Source of the DNA: Bdellovibrionota bacterium FG-2
Lineage (GTDB): Bacteria > Bdellovibrionota > UBA1018
Assembly: GCA_051382305.1 (NCBI GenBank)
Contig: JBBCAV010000153.1
Coordinates: 1 to 64,000 of the forward strand
Direction: 5' to 3'
Length of the DNA: 64,000 nucleotides
Below, one piece after another: positions 1-10,049 of this stretch. Under the pieces are notes generated by a model. The model was not told the DNA's origin. It ran no database searches and was given only the letters and a program-made list of their open reading frames with translations. A program made the position numbers and the translations under genes. The first letter of the stretch is position 1, and every line of letters starts with the position of its first letter.

Positions 1-416
1 CGGCGGTTCTTGGTACGAAAAAACTGCTGCCGTCGATTGCTCGTGTGAGGTGTCCCTTGAATTTAAGTTTTTCAGGCAATTTCTCGCTCTCAATATTTGC
101 CTCAGTCAGTAAAAACTCAAATGCCTCCCAGCCAAGTTTGGCGCGTCCATCGGAGATGGTCTGATGCCGAACGGGATCGATAATCTCTTCAGTCATGTGA
201 CTCAAATCGAGAAAATAATGCTGGGACGAGATATCATAGCCGTTTGCATTTCGAGCCGCTGCCAAAGAGAGCGTAAATCCAATCACATGCTCAAGAGTTA
301 AGATGCGCTCACGAGTGAAATCGGTCGAATTCTTGCGGAATTTCAGGAGTTTTTGCTTGTTTTTATGAACCAGAGATGAGACTTTATGTTGGGCTGCTGC
401 GACGAGGGCGTGTCAT
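1..416 (-). pseudogene. IS4-family transposase, N-terminal part (runs off window edge; start codon out of frame)
   Basis: Manual minus-strand translation: ...KFRKNSTDFTRERILT...TISDGRAKLGWEAFEFL...FKGHLTRAIDGSSF, matching IS4 N-terminal motifs and the first DDE Asp (AIDGS). The GGAGG-preceded ATG at 416 reaches TAA after 10 codons; the transposase continues in another frame. Confidence 0.75.
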
Positions 417-456
417 GATCGTTCCCTCCGTTGGGGTAGTTAAAGTAACGTTATTT

Positions 457-487
457 AAAGCTCGGAATCTTAGTCCGGGCTTTTTTT
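457..487 (+). terminator. Intrinsic terminator-like hairpin in the IS4 leader
   Basis: Stem AAAGCTCGGA / TCCGGGCTTT, 7-nt loop, T7 run at 481-487. Confidence 0.55.
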
Positions 488-589
488 ATTTGTACCCTCA
501 ATCCTAAAATCCGCAACAATTTTATCAGATCACGCCGACGGCGGCGAGGTGAACGGGCTTATCCGGCTGCCATTGAGATTAGATCATTT

Positions 590-1822
590 TTATTTCAAGT
601 ACTGAACTAAATCCACGACCCCACCCGCATCGATTTTACCCTGCCACTGCGCAGACACCTGCGAAGTCTCGCGAAGTTTTTGAATGGCCGCCGTTGGCGA
701 CATCCCGGCGCTCAACCCGCGCGCCAGAATTCCTGCAACCAGCGGGGTCGAATAACTCGTGCCCGAGCCCTTACCCCAGGTATCGTCCGTTTCAGTGGAC
801 ACCATATTCGTGCCAGGAGCGGCAAAATGAATGAAGCCCATGCCAAAATTCGAGAATGTTGCGCGCGCGTCGTTCTCATCGCTGGCGGCGACACCGACCA
901 TATTGGAGTGCCCGGGCAACGCCACTGGAATTCCAATGTCGGACCCCGGTATCCCCACATCCAAAGACTCATTGCCCGCACCCGCCACAAAGATCACGCC
1001 ACGTTTTTCGGCATAGCGGAGGGCAGATTCTAGAATTCCCAAATTCTCAGGCGTGGGCTTGTAGTCTTGCCAAGAACTGTAGATTCGCCAAGAATTCGAC
1101 ACGATTTGCGCCCCGTTATCAACGGCGTACTTTATCGCCTCAGCAGCGTTTGAAAGAAGCATGGGCTGCAGTGAGGCGGGTCCTCCCAGAATTCGAAGCG
1201 CCATGATGCGAGCGCCGGGAGCCACGCCTTGCGCGGCGGTTTTGCTCTCCGACTTACTCTCGCGTGTGGCCGCAATCAGACCCGCACAAAAAGTTCCGTG
1301 GCTTGCCGAGAACCGTCCTTGCGGATCTCCTTTACGTTCCACAAAATCGTAGCCGTAAACGTCATCAACGTAACCGTTGCCGTCATCGTCTTTCTTGTTC
1401 CCCGCAAGCTCGCGCGGGTTAACCCACATTTGCGAAAAAAGGGCCGGATGATGAAGTTTCACACCATCATCCAAGACTGCCACCACAACTCCGTGGCCAT
1501 CAGCGTTTGCTGGCAATTCTTCATAGCGAAGATGTTTCACAAACCAAGCCTCGGGCCGTGTAGGGCCCAAAAGACTTTGAATCGGCGCTTCGCCTCCCAA
1601 CGGGCCAATCTCAAAATCAGGAGAGGCGCCTTCAGGCGCGCAGTCGGGCGCGCCGTCGGGTAACTCAATCGAGACAAAACGCTCGCCGTCAAAGCTAAGC
1701 TCTCCAAGAATCACAAAATTCCGGGGCAAAACGCCGGGGTTTTTGATAATCCAACGTGAGGCGTGAGCGTCAACCAGTGGGAGCGCGAGTAGGCATAATG
1801 AAACCCAAAACCCGCACTTCAT
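590..1822 (-). CDS. Secreted subtilisin-like S8 serine peptidase
   Basis: Signal peptide; triad motifs VAVLDDG, HGTFCAG, GTSYSTP; oxyanion AGN; DDDGNGYVDD Ca-binding insert. Confidence 0.93.
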   Translation of the reverse strand: MKCGFWVSLCLLALPLVDAHASRWIIKNPGVLPRNFVILGELSFDGERFVSIELPDGAPDCAPEGASPDFEIGPLGGEAPIQSLLGPTRPEAWFVKHLRYEELPANADGHGVVVAVLDDGVKLHHPALFSQMWVNPRELAGNKKDDDGNGYVDDVYGYDFVERKGDPQGRFSASHGTFCAGLIAATRESKSESKTAAQGVAPGARIMALRILGGPASLQPMLLSNAAEAIKYAVDNGAQIVSNSWRIYSSWQDYKPTPENLGILESALRYAEKRGVIFVAGAGNESLDVGIPGSDIGIPVALPGHSNMVGVAASDENDARATFSNFGMGFIHFAAPGTNMVSTETDDTWGKGSGTSYSTPLVAGILARGLSAGMSPTAAIQKLRETSQVSAQWQGKIDAGGVVDLVQYLK

Positions 1823-1828
1823 ACGCGC

Positions 1829-2914
1829 CTACCCCTCAACCGATAGATCGCAACCCTGAATCACAATTTCAGGAGCATCCACGGCCGTGCCCCCGTCTTC
1901 GGTGATCGAAATTCCTGAATCCGTATCCTGACCAAACGTAATCACATAGGTCTTTGAAGCCGCAGTGGCACCTGAGGCATATACCGCACCCGTTATACTT
2001 CCCGAAGTAGCAAGGCACGGATCGTCCTGCGCAGATTCAAAAAGAAGATCTTTAAACGTATTCTCAATGCGCGTGCCATCAGGCTTCGTCAACACAACCG
2101 TGCCCGAAACAACCTTCTTCGATACCCATGATCCATCCGCAATCAACCGGGTCACTTCAACATTCAAGTCTTCGCCGGTTTTCGTGGCCACCGTATAACT
2201 CAACGTCTCGGCCACTCCGCTCGTGGTCGTCGTAACGTCCCGGGTCACCGAACTCGAAATCGTTTTTGTCCGCGCAAGGGTCGTCGCGGTTTTTGTCCCC
2301 ACCGCCCAAGTAATGGTTCGTGCGCCCTTCACCACTCCCTGAACAGCCCTCGAAACCGTTTGCTTTGAAGTCTTAAGATCCACGGTCCTGGTGCGCGTCC
2401 GATCGGTCGTGACTTTTAGCGACAATCCGGAAACAACATTATCATTAGCCCACCGAACTTGGGCTCTGTTGTTGGCAGTGCAAGCCAGCGTCTGCCCTGT
2501 GGGTGGCGTCCAAACGCGGCTCTGGGTTCCTGTGACGGTCAAAGAACTTGCGAGTGTTGCCTTAGGTCTGACGACGGATTTGGTCATGGTCCCAGACCAG
2601 GTCTCCGCAACCGTTACTGCGCCGGCGGCGCCTGCGGTACAGGTGCGAGAAACATCAAGCCCCCCTGTCGTCGTTAGAGCAGCGGCGTGAGGCGCAAGTT
2701 CCGAAAGCACGTTGAGTGCAGATGAAGAAGAATATGTGGACTCTTCTCCTAGTGACTCCGCTGCGTCTTCTAACGCAGTCGCCGCCCCGGTTCGAAGTTC
2801 ATCGGAACTCATTGCTACGATTGCTTTAGCTTTTGCACATCCCGCGCCCGCTCCTGCAACCGCCACCATACAAAGACTGAGAAACCCAAGCCTAGAAACA
2901 GTCGTACTAGTCAT
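1829..2914 (-). CDS. Thr-rich putative lipoprotein, function unknown
   Basis: Start refined to ATG 2914 after GGAGG; hydrophobic leader ending AGAGC (lipobox-like); 6 bp from the S8 gene, so probably co-transcribed. Confidence 0.65.
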   Translation of the reverse strand: MTSTTVSRLGFLSLCMVAVAGAGAGCAKAKAIVAMSSDELRTGAATALEDAAESLGEESTYSSSSALNVLSELAPHAAALTTTGGLDVSRTCTAGAAGAVTVAETWSGTMTKSVVRPKATLASSLTVTGTQSRVWTPPTGQTLACTANNRAQVRWANDNVVSGLSLKVTTDRTRTRTVDLKTSKQTVSRAVQGVVKGARTITWAVGTKTATTLARTKTISSSVTRDVTTTTSGVAETLSYTVATKTGEDLNVEVTRLIADGSWVSKKVVSGTVVLTKPDGTRIENTFKDLLFESAQDDPCLATSGSITGAVYASGATAASKTYVITFGQDTDSGISITEDGGTAVDAPEIVIQGCDLSVEG

Positions 2915-3068
2915 GTTCAATGACCTCCGTTGAAACGATGCTACTCCAAAAAACCGATATGACAATGAGTATAAAAAACAGAACGGGCCCAGAATCTTTC
3001 AACAAAATCTTGAAAAAGATGCTGAGCCCGCTCCTAAAAAATACCAAACGAACAGCTAATGCTTCGGC

Positions 3069-4592
3069 CTATTTTTTCACCGTTACGTTGAATGAATTGG
3101 AATCCACTCCATAGGCCTTGCCGTTATACTGGGTCTCCCCATGATAAAGGATCCTGTACTGCCCATCGGCGATCGTCATCACTCTCCAGCCCATTTTCAT
3201 CTCTTCGAACACGCGATCCGTGCTCTTGGATAAGATGAGTTTGCCCGTCATATCGAAAACTCGAAACTCTAACTTCTGAATCGGAACGGGTGAAAACTCG
3301 GCCTTAATCAAAAACTCAGGACGCTCAAATAGAGGGGCTCCAAGGTTCGTTCCCGAAGCCGCACTCATGTTGAGTTTCATCTTAGGTTCAGAGTTAATCA
3401 CGAAAAACTCACGCACCTGAGACTGCGAACTTCCGCCATCCGCAAAAATCTCATAACGCCCTTCACGAAGCTGAGCGGTATCGAGCTTTGTCGAACAACC
3501 CGTTTCGGTCTTGACTGAACAATCCATCGCACTGAGCAGAGCACCATCAGGCCCCCTTAAATGAACGCGAATCGCGGCGTCTTTCAGACCTTGGGTTTGA
3601 ACTCCGAGCTGATAAACGCCCGAAACATACTCGCGATCAGCGGGAGCCGTGACCGACAAAAAATTCTGGGTTGAAGCGACTTCCATCGCCCAGGTATCAG
3701 CGCCCACTCCTGAGCGATCATCCCAACTCACCCAACCAAAACCATTATCGCCCCACTCCTTGCCCCAACTGTTACGAATAAGCCAAGCGCGCTTGACGTC
3801 ATCATAGCCTACGAGACTGACGGCATGACCGCCCAAGGCGGATCCCGTTACGTGCTTATAAACGCCACTGCTATAAGTCATAAAGTCGGCGTAGACCATC
3901 AACGTCGTGATGAGCGGGCCTTTTTTTAGGGCCGTTTTCACTGAATCTACGCTTCCGCCGTAGCTGGTGGGCATTGAGAACGATACGATTTTAGTTGTGC
4001 GACTCTTTGAGTCGCTACATTTTTGATTACAGGAAACATCTTCGCCCGTAGAGCCAGAGGTGTAGGGCATACAAGCCTCATCCACGGTTCCTGATCTCTT
4101 GAGATAGCTTGCCGCTTCATCGGGCAGCCAACCGGTTTCACAACCGCCGCCCCCGCAGGCAAACACTTCTTGGGGCGAAAAACTAGGAGCAAGCCATGGT
4201 GCGCCGGCGGCCACCGAAGTTCTTGCTTCAAGTGTCGCCACAGCTGCAAAAGCCACGCAGCTTCCGCAGTTTCCCTGGTTCATGACCGGCCCAAGCCAAT
4301 TCACGCCATTGTAGTTTCGCCAATCAATTGTGCTCGGACCTAGATTGACCTGCATCGATAGGCCTTCAAAATCTAAGGTCCCTTGAGGTGGGGTTTGCAA
4401 ACCCAACATTCGTTGAATCTCAGCTTGAGACAGATGTGTGACCCAAGATTCTTTCGCTTGCCAGGCAGCGTTCGCTTTCTTAATCGAATTCTGAACGCTC
4501 TGAATATCGATAATATTCGTAGCGGAAAAGGCAGAAGTTGAAAGAACCATCCCCACCAACAGGCCAAATCCATGGCCATTTTTTTTCTTCAT
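3069..4592 (-). CDS. Secreted papain-family (C1) cysteine peptidase with C-terminal beta-sandwich-like domains
   Basis: QGNCGSCVAF, GGHAV and IRNSWG motifs; signal peptide from ATG 4592 (MKKKN...). Confidence 0.92.
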   Translation of the reverse strand: MKKKNGHGFGLLVGMVLSTSAFSATNIIDIQSVQNSIKKANAAWQAKESWVTHLSQAEIQRMLGLQTPPQGTLDFEGLSMQVNLGPSTIDWRNYNGVNWLGPVMNQGNCGSCVAFAAVATLEARTSVAAGAPWLAPSFSPQEVFACGGGGCETGWLPDEAASYLKRSGTVDEACMPYTSGSTGEDVSCNQKCSDSKSRTTKIVSFSMPTSYGGSVDSVKTALKKGPLITTLMVYADFMTYSSGVYKHVTGSALGGHAVSLVGYDDVKRAWLIRNSWGKEWGDNGFGWVSWDDRSGVGADTWAMEVASTQNFLSVTAPADREYVSGVYQLGVQTQGLKDAAIRVHLRGPDGALLSAMDCSVKTETGCSTKLDTAQLREGRYEIFADGGSSQSQVREFFVINSEPKMKLNMSAASGTNLGAPLFERPEFLIKAEFSPVPIQKLEFRVFDMTGKLILSKSTDRVFEEMKMGWRVMTIADGQYRILYHGETQYNGKAYGVDSNSFNVTVKK

Positions 4593-4748
4593 AGAAGGCA
4601 GAATAACAGACGGCTTGAGATTGGCAAATTTTATTACACGTAAACAGGCCTGGTTTAAGATTCTTGTGGCACGCAAAACTCTTTCGCAAGGGGCCTTTTA
4701 TTTTCAAAATAACTGTGGTTCTATTCATGAGCGACTCCCGCAAATCAT

Positions 4749-5099
4749 ATGAATCTAGAAACCCTTCAGCCCTACATCCTCCCGGTTCTTATTGCCGCCT
4801 TTTTTGCCCGACGGCATCTCAAATCCAAAAAAGTCAGAGCGATGATTCCTAAACTGATGAGTGAAGGCGCCGTGATCGTTGATGTCCGCACTGCTGCCGA
4901 ATTTGCCTCAGGGGCGAAGCTTGAAAGTCGCAATATTCCGATGCAGCAACTGGATCGTCGTGTGGCGGAACTAGATCCCTCAAAACCCGTGATCGTGTGT
5001 TGTGCCTCGGGCTCCCGAAGCGCGATGGCAGCCGTAATCTTGAAGCGCCATGGATTTAAGAATGTCTTGAACGCGGGAGCTTGGACGAACGTTCCTTAG
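4749..5099 (+). CDS. Membrane-anchored rhodanese-like protein
   Basis: N-terminal TM segment; IVDVRTxxEF; active loop CASGSRS. Confidence 0.9.
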   Translation: MNLETLQPYILPVLIAAFFARRHLKSKKVRAMIPKLMSEGAVIVDVRTAAEFASGAKLESRNIPMQQLDRRVAELDPSKPVIVCCASGSRSAMAAVILKRHGFKNVLNAGAWTNVP

Positions 5100-5176
5100 C
5101 AATCTTCGCATTTACCTGACCAAAGTCTTGCGCTTATCTTAGCGCAACCAACTCTTTTGCTCGGGCAACGGCCACG

Positions 5177-6016
5177 CTATTCGCTCGGCGATCTCACCCC
5201 AAAAAAATCCATGGCCAGGCAATGCACTTCTTCTTCGGGAGAGGGCGCAACCGTCGCATTGAACTCGTCAATCGTCTTCACCAAAAACGCTTTGAGTTTG
5301 TGCTGATCGGTACGAGAGAGAGAAACAATCGACGTGTAATGTAAGTCGCGCTCGCCTTCCCGATCGCCACCCCTGTCATACGACGCGATGGCCTGTATTC
5401 GCCAATTGGTGTGATGTTTAGAAATCAATTCCGAATCCGCCCCTAAATGCACGCGCGCGTTTCCAATCAAGTAACGGCCGGATTCATGGCGGGCGAGGCC
5501 TACGGATTCTAAGAATTCAAGCGCCCGGCCGACTTTCGAGGGCGAGAGTTTCAAGTAGCGCGCAATCGCATCACGCGTCTGAAGCGCAGGCACCGTGATA
5601 CACATGTGGATTGCGGTATAGCTCCATGAACTATAATATTTTGTCTGCGCTTCAAGCATCAGCGTCTCTTTAACTTTGAATCGCTCTTTTAAGACGAGCC
5701 GCTTTTTCTGAACCTCTTCAAGTTGGCTTGCGAAATGCGCCCTGAGCCTCGCCGATCCCGCCCGCGCATATTGGATGAGAAGCAAAAAATAATTCGCTTC
5801 ATCTTGTGAATGCCCCAAAAACAGCGCGATCGCATCGGCCTGCTCTAAGCTCAGCTCCGCCTGATCTGAGAAAACGCGCGTGAGGTACGCGACCTGGCAT
5901 CCCGCCGCCTGCGCAAGGGCCGAGCGCACGCCGCGCCCTTTTTTGGGACGCGTATCGATATATTTGTGGAGATAGCGTCGATAATCAGTGAAATCAAAGA
6001 CTGAGATTGCTTCCAT
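5177..6016 (-). CDS. TIGR02147-family protein (N-terminal HTH plus DUF4423-like winged helix)
   Basis: VFDFTDYRRYL N-terminus, HTH region, YYSSWSYTAIH, C-terminal EEVHCLAMDFF; 279 aa is typical for the family. Confidence 0.85.
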   Translation of the reverse strand: MEAISVFDFTDYRRYLHKYIDTRPKKGRGVRSALAQAAGCQVAYLTRVFSDQAELSLEQADAIALFLGHSQDEANYFLLLIQYARAGSARLRAHFASQLEEVQKKRLVLKERFKVKETLMLEAQTKYYSSWSYTAIHMCITVPALQTRDAIARYLKLSPSKVGRALEFLESVGLARHESGRYLIGNARVHLGADSELISKHHTNWRIQAIASYDRGGDREGERDLHYTSIVSLSRTDQHKLKAFLVKTIDEFNATVAPSPEEEVHCLAMDFFGVRSPSE

Positions 6017-6041
6017 AGTTTCAAATACATGATCGGTCTTC

Positions 6042-6096
6042 TTTAATTAAAAGCAAAGTAACTGCGAGTTTTTTAATTAAAATAAGCTGTTATAAT
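6042..6096 (+). promoter_or_regulatory. Paired TTTAATTAAA palindromes and extended -10 promoter
   Basis: TTTAATTAAA at 6042-6051 and 6072-6081 (30-bp period); TGTTATAAT at 6088-6096. Confidence 0.55.
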
Positions 6097-6197
6097 ACCG
6101 ATTCAGTCAGTAATTAGTGACGCATCGCAGGCGATATGGTCATTATGCCACGATGCACAAAGGCTCCCGCAGGGGGTGGAAGGAAACGGATACTGAT

Positions 6198-7139
6198 ATG
6201 AAATTTTCGAAATCTTTCAATTTGGCAGCAGCTTTGGTTTTGGGACTCTCTTGGGTTTGCAGCGTGAAGGCGGAGCAAGGCAAGATCGCACTTCCCACAT
6301 TTGGCAAAACTTTAGGCGGAAACACCAGTGGTGGCGGCAACGACGAGACGACGCTCGCGGGGTTATTGCCAAAAACGATACACGCGGTTTTTGATTTGGA
6401 ATTTTATACTGAGGGTTACGGGTACAGCTCCAAACCAATTTTCGATCAACATAGATGCTATATTTTCAAAAAGTGCGACATTTTCCCAGAGACAATGCGC
6501 CTTTCCTCCACTTTGCAGCTCGCAAGCGACCCCGACCTCCACTACGAAACACTTGACCTTGCCGTCACTTACGAGAGTGAGGGCGAGAGCGGCTATATTC
6601 CTGGAGCTAAAATTCAATTTGGATAGCTTGCCAACACAGCAGATACTCAACTCCAACGCTTAGCAGCCCTTACTGTTCCATTTTTAGGAATTCGCCACTA
6701 TAATCGCACGGAAACGCTCTCCGAACCTACAGACATGTTTGAATTACTAGTAGGCTATCGCTCCGACCTTCGCGTGGGGCTTCGCAACAATCACTACGAA
6801 CTTCAAATAGACGGCATCACAGTATCTGATGGCTACTTCATGGGTGACCGCAAAATCAAAGAACGAATGGCCGGCATTCAAACCCCGCTCCAATTGTAAA
6901 CAGACTTTCGAGATGTCCAGGCGTTTAGAAAACTTTGGGGGCAGGTCAAAAAACTTCAAGACATCTACATGGCTGTTAGGGCTCACGCTGTTTGGCAGGA
7001 GTTCCTCTCGCTTGGCTTTTCAGCCATCGCCCAAGATGGCACTTGCGATGCAAGCAAGTACGCCGATCTCTTAGCTAAACTGGGCGAGTGGAAAACTGGA
7101 AGCGCCATCTACTTCTACGAACTCAACGGCAATGACTAA
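6198..7139 (+). pseudogene. Secreted hypothetical protein interrupted by two in-frame stops
   Basis: Signal peptide plus GGNTSGGG. One frame continues past TAG 6624-6626 and TAA 6897-6899 to TAA 7137-7139, overlapping the next ATG (7132). Confidence 0.7.
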
Positions 7140-7946
7140 AATCCTTTCTCTCTTTGCACTTCTGAGTATGTTTGCAATCCCTGGCGCGTTTGCCGCAGAG
7201 GCTGTGAACAGCGGCGTCGCCGACGCCGCCAGGGATCAAGCCCTTGCCACCTGCGAGTCGCGCTTAAGCAAAAGCCTCTACCTGCCGCTAGCTAAAATGC
7301 AGGGTCCCAACCACGACTACCCTGTGAATCGTATCAACGAAAAAAATCCCCTCACCCATCCGTTTGCTAAAGACTATCATCTGCTCATCTCCGACCTTGC
7401 CGCGCACCTCACCTCTTTGCCACTCGAAACTCAGACCGTGTGCCTGGAGCTGGAACACAAGGTAGAGGCCCAACTCACGTCTTTTTTTACGCGCCGGTTT
7501 GCGCTTTTACAGGTCAACGAAAACCTTGACGTATTCTACCAGGAATTCCAAACCGTCTTAGCCTACTGGGGCTTAGTCGCCGAACGACGAATGCTGGTTG
7601 AGCGGTTTCACGACGCCACCCAAAACTACCTGCAATTAGGCCTCGTTTTACTTAAGCGAGATCTCGTGGGTACGCCCTGGGAGAATTACGCGGCCTTCGA
7701 GCCGACCCTTGAAACATGGAACGACGAATGGTTAAGATCGTTTTGTTTCATGAACTCTCTCATCTTGCTGATCCTGCTCTCGCAACCGAAGAGGGACGCA
7801 TTGCCCTCACCCGCGAGTCGGCCGAAGTCTTTGCTTGGGGCGAGACCGTCAAGTTTTTGCAAGCCTTGAAGTCTCGGGGCACCGTTTTGCCCCCCCGATT
7901 TGAGTCGAGGCTGGTGTTGATTTCTCAGTATGGCCTTAAGACGTAG
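7132..7946 (+). pseudogene. Secreted putative HExxH zinc metallopeptidase, frameshifted
   Basis: Signal-peptide ORF 7132-7869; the alternative frame 7716-7946 carries LFHELSHLAD. Confidence 0.6.
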
Positions 7947-8877
7947 GTTGAAGCAGTGATCGGGAAATAAGCCCCTGTTTTTCGGCCGTGTACGCGTTAT
8001 GGCTTCGACACCTCAATCTTAGATTTGCCTCGCTTGTCTCCCCACCCCACGCAAACGGCTTCGCGTGATCATACTCCAGCGCAAATCGGCTCCCGCATCG
8101 CTTACCTGTCTTTTCATCTTGATACGTACAACATCCCCCATCACGCGCGAACACTCGTCGTTTGACCTCCGCCGGAATATACCGTGACCCGACTTTTTCC
8201 ACTGTGGAAACAAAAGCAGTCTTCGCGTCATTATCTGGCCGCTCTGACTTAGGCTTCTTGGGCTCGATTTCCTTTAGAGCCATATTCGCCAAAACCTCAA
8301 AAAGCCCTTCATAGCTGCCGTCTGGATTCTGATGCGCGAGCAAGCCCTTTAGTTTCTCAAGCTTCTCCACCAGCTCTTGGCCTGCAGAAAACTGAATCAA
8401 AGTTTTGCCCTGAGAAAGTTCGCGAGTCTTCTCAGACGGAAGCGCAGCCTGCGGTGAAATTTCTGCCAACTTCTTCTCACACTCACGCATTGAAGCGCCG
8501 AGCATAGATAGGGCGATATCTTGCTTCACCTGCAAACTCAATTTCTGATCGCCATCGCCCTTTCGCCGCTTGTCCTCACTTTTAAAAAAACTCTGCGTCT
8601 TCGCTGCTACACAAAGTGACAGACTGCCGGTTTCAATTTGGCTTGCTATTTCTGGCAGTGTTTTGATTAGCCGCATCGATTGAATACGCCGATGAGCAGC
8701 GACAGCCGAATATCCCAGCTTTTGAGTCACAAATTCAAACAGTGAGGGAAAGCCCATTTCCAAATAATGCCCGTCACGCTCTACTTCTCGAAGTAAATGG
8801 AGTACCCGAATCTGGGACTTACGCTCTTCGGCCACGGCATTTTGAAGTTCTGATAATACGGTTTCGTGATTTCTCAT
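7936..8877 (-). CDS. HNH endonuclease with DUF222-like helical N-terminus (copy 1)
   Basis: RYIPAEVKRRVFARDGGCC...RCGS...EYDHAKPFAWGGETSEANLRLRCRSHN; N-terminal SLFEF...LGYS..AAHRRI motif. Confidence 0.88.
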   Translation of the reverse strand: MRNHETVLSELQNAVAEERKSQIRVLHLLREVERDGHYLEMGFPSLFEFVTQKLGYSAVAAHRRIQSMRLIKTLPEIASQIETGSLSLCVAAKTQSFFKSEDKRRKGDGDQKLSLQVKQDIALSMLGASMRECEKKLAEISPQAALPSEKTRELSQGKTLIQFSAGQELVEKLEKLKGLLAHQNPDGSYEGLFEVLANMALKEIEPKKPKSERPDNDAKTAFVSTVEKVGSRYIPAEVKRRVFARDGGCCTYQDEKTGKRCGSRFALEYDHAKPFAWGGETSEANLRLRCRSHNAYTAEKQGLISRSLLQPTS

Positions 8878-9195
8878 AGAGAGAGGTCATAACACGGGTT
8901 TTCTGAAGGGCATTTTCGCTTGGCCGAGCTCACCTGAAAAACGCAGGCACACACGCGTTTAGGCGCTTGCTATTGAAACAGACGAATTCCAATCCTGATA
9001 CATTTCCAAACGCCGCAAACAAACCTCTCTAGGAGTCTGCAAAGTGCCTGATATTTTCGTCAAGACCTAAATCTCAGATCCAAAAATATTTTGCCCCCGC
9101 TCTAGCAATCGCGGATGATTCGCCACTCTCGAATTCTCGCCCCCCCGCGAAGAGCCCTATTGATTTCTTCCAAAATTCCTCTAAAATTTAATCCA

Positions 9196-10047
9196 ATGAC
9201 ACATACCACATTTCTCCTCCCCCTCATTCTCCTCTGCTTTTCCAATCCCCTCTTTGCCGAGGAGCACCCCCAGGGCAACGGCCAAGACCAGGGCAAAACC
9301 CAGGAGCACGGAGCCGCCGCGCCAAGCGCACACTCCGGGCCGAGCGCGGCCGCACACTCAACCGCACACGCTGGCCCCCACTGGTCCTACGAGGGCGAAG
9401 GCGGACCCGAACACTGGGGAGAGCTGGACCCCAAGTTTCAGACCTGCGGTCAGGGAGGCGAACAATCCCCCATCAATTTAAAATGGTCCAAGAAGAAGGG
9501 CGAAGGGCCGATTGAATTTCACTACGCACCCTCGCCGCTCAAAATAATCGATAATGGGCATACGGTGCAAGTGAGTTTTGCCCCAGGGAGCAAAGTGATC
9601 ATTCGCCAAAAAGAGTATCAGTTGATTCAGGCGCATTTTCACGCCCAAAGCGAGCATACGATTTCAAATAAAAGCTACCCGCTTGAATTTCATTTTGTGC
9701 ACAAAAATGAAGGCGGACAATTGGCGGTCTTAGGTGTGATGATTGAGGAAGGTGAAGAGAACCCGTCCCTTGATAAGGTTATCAGGAATTTGCCTAAAGA
9801 GAAGAACAAAGAAGTAGAGGTCGCAGCCGTCACGCTGAACCCTCTGGAGCTGCTCCCCACCGTTCAAACCTACTACCATTATATGGGCTCGTTAACGACG
9901 CCCCCGTGTTCTGAGCGCGTTAACTGGAATGTCTTTAACACTCCCGTCCGCGCATCAGCCGCGCAAATCTCGGCCTTTCGTACAGCCTATGGGCACAACA
10001 ACCGTCCCGTGCAAGCGCTTAATAATCGCAATCCAATCAATTTTTAG
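9196..10047 (+). CDS. Periplasmic alpha-class carbonic anhydrase
   Basis: Signal peptide, His/Ala-rich linker, HWSYEG, QSPIN, QAHFH..SEH, EFHFVH, GSLTTPPCSE. Confidence 0.93.
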   Translation: MTHTTFLLPLILLCFSNPLFAEEHPQGNGQDQGKTQEHGAAAPSAHSGPSAAAHSTAHAGPHWSYEGEGGPEHWGELDPKFQTCGQGGEQSPINLKWSKKKGEGPIEFHYAPSPLKIIDNGHTVQVSFAPGSKVIIRQKEYQLIQAHFHAQSEHTISNKSYPLEFHFVHKNEGGQLAVLGVMIEEGEENPSLDKVIRNLPKEKNKEVEVAAVTLNPLELLPTVQTYYHYMGSLTTPPCSERVNWNVFNTPVRASAAQISAFRTAYGHNNRPVQALNNRNPINF

Positions 10048-10049
10048 TG

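Larger units (their letters stand above)
1..540 (-). mobile_element. IS4-family insertion sequence, one end
   Basis: Transposase fragment plus about 125 bp of leader ending near CGTCGGCGTGATCTGATAAAA (520-540). This is a candidate terminal IR; its partner is outside the window. Confidence 0.5.

Noticed and set aside
563-589. Second IS4-like terminal repeat (GCTGCCATTGAGATTAGA) implying the S8 gene is cargo
   Set aside because: Resemblance only; no partner repeat or target duplication in the window.
4668-4683. sigma54 promoter at TGGCACGCAAAACTC
   Set aside because: The -24 box is present but there is no GC at the required N10 spacing.
7936-8877. HNH genes as IscB/Cas9/HEARO-type RNA-guided nucleases
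   Set aside because: No split RuvC motifs or PLMP N-terminus, and no shared RNA-like sequence between the flanks of the two copies.
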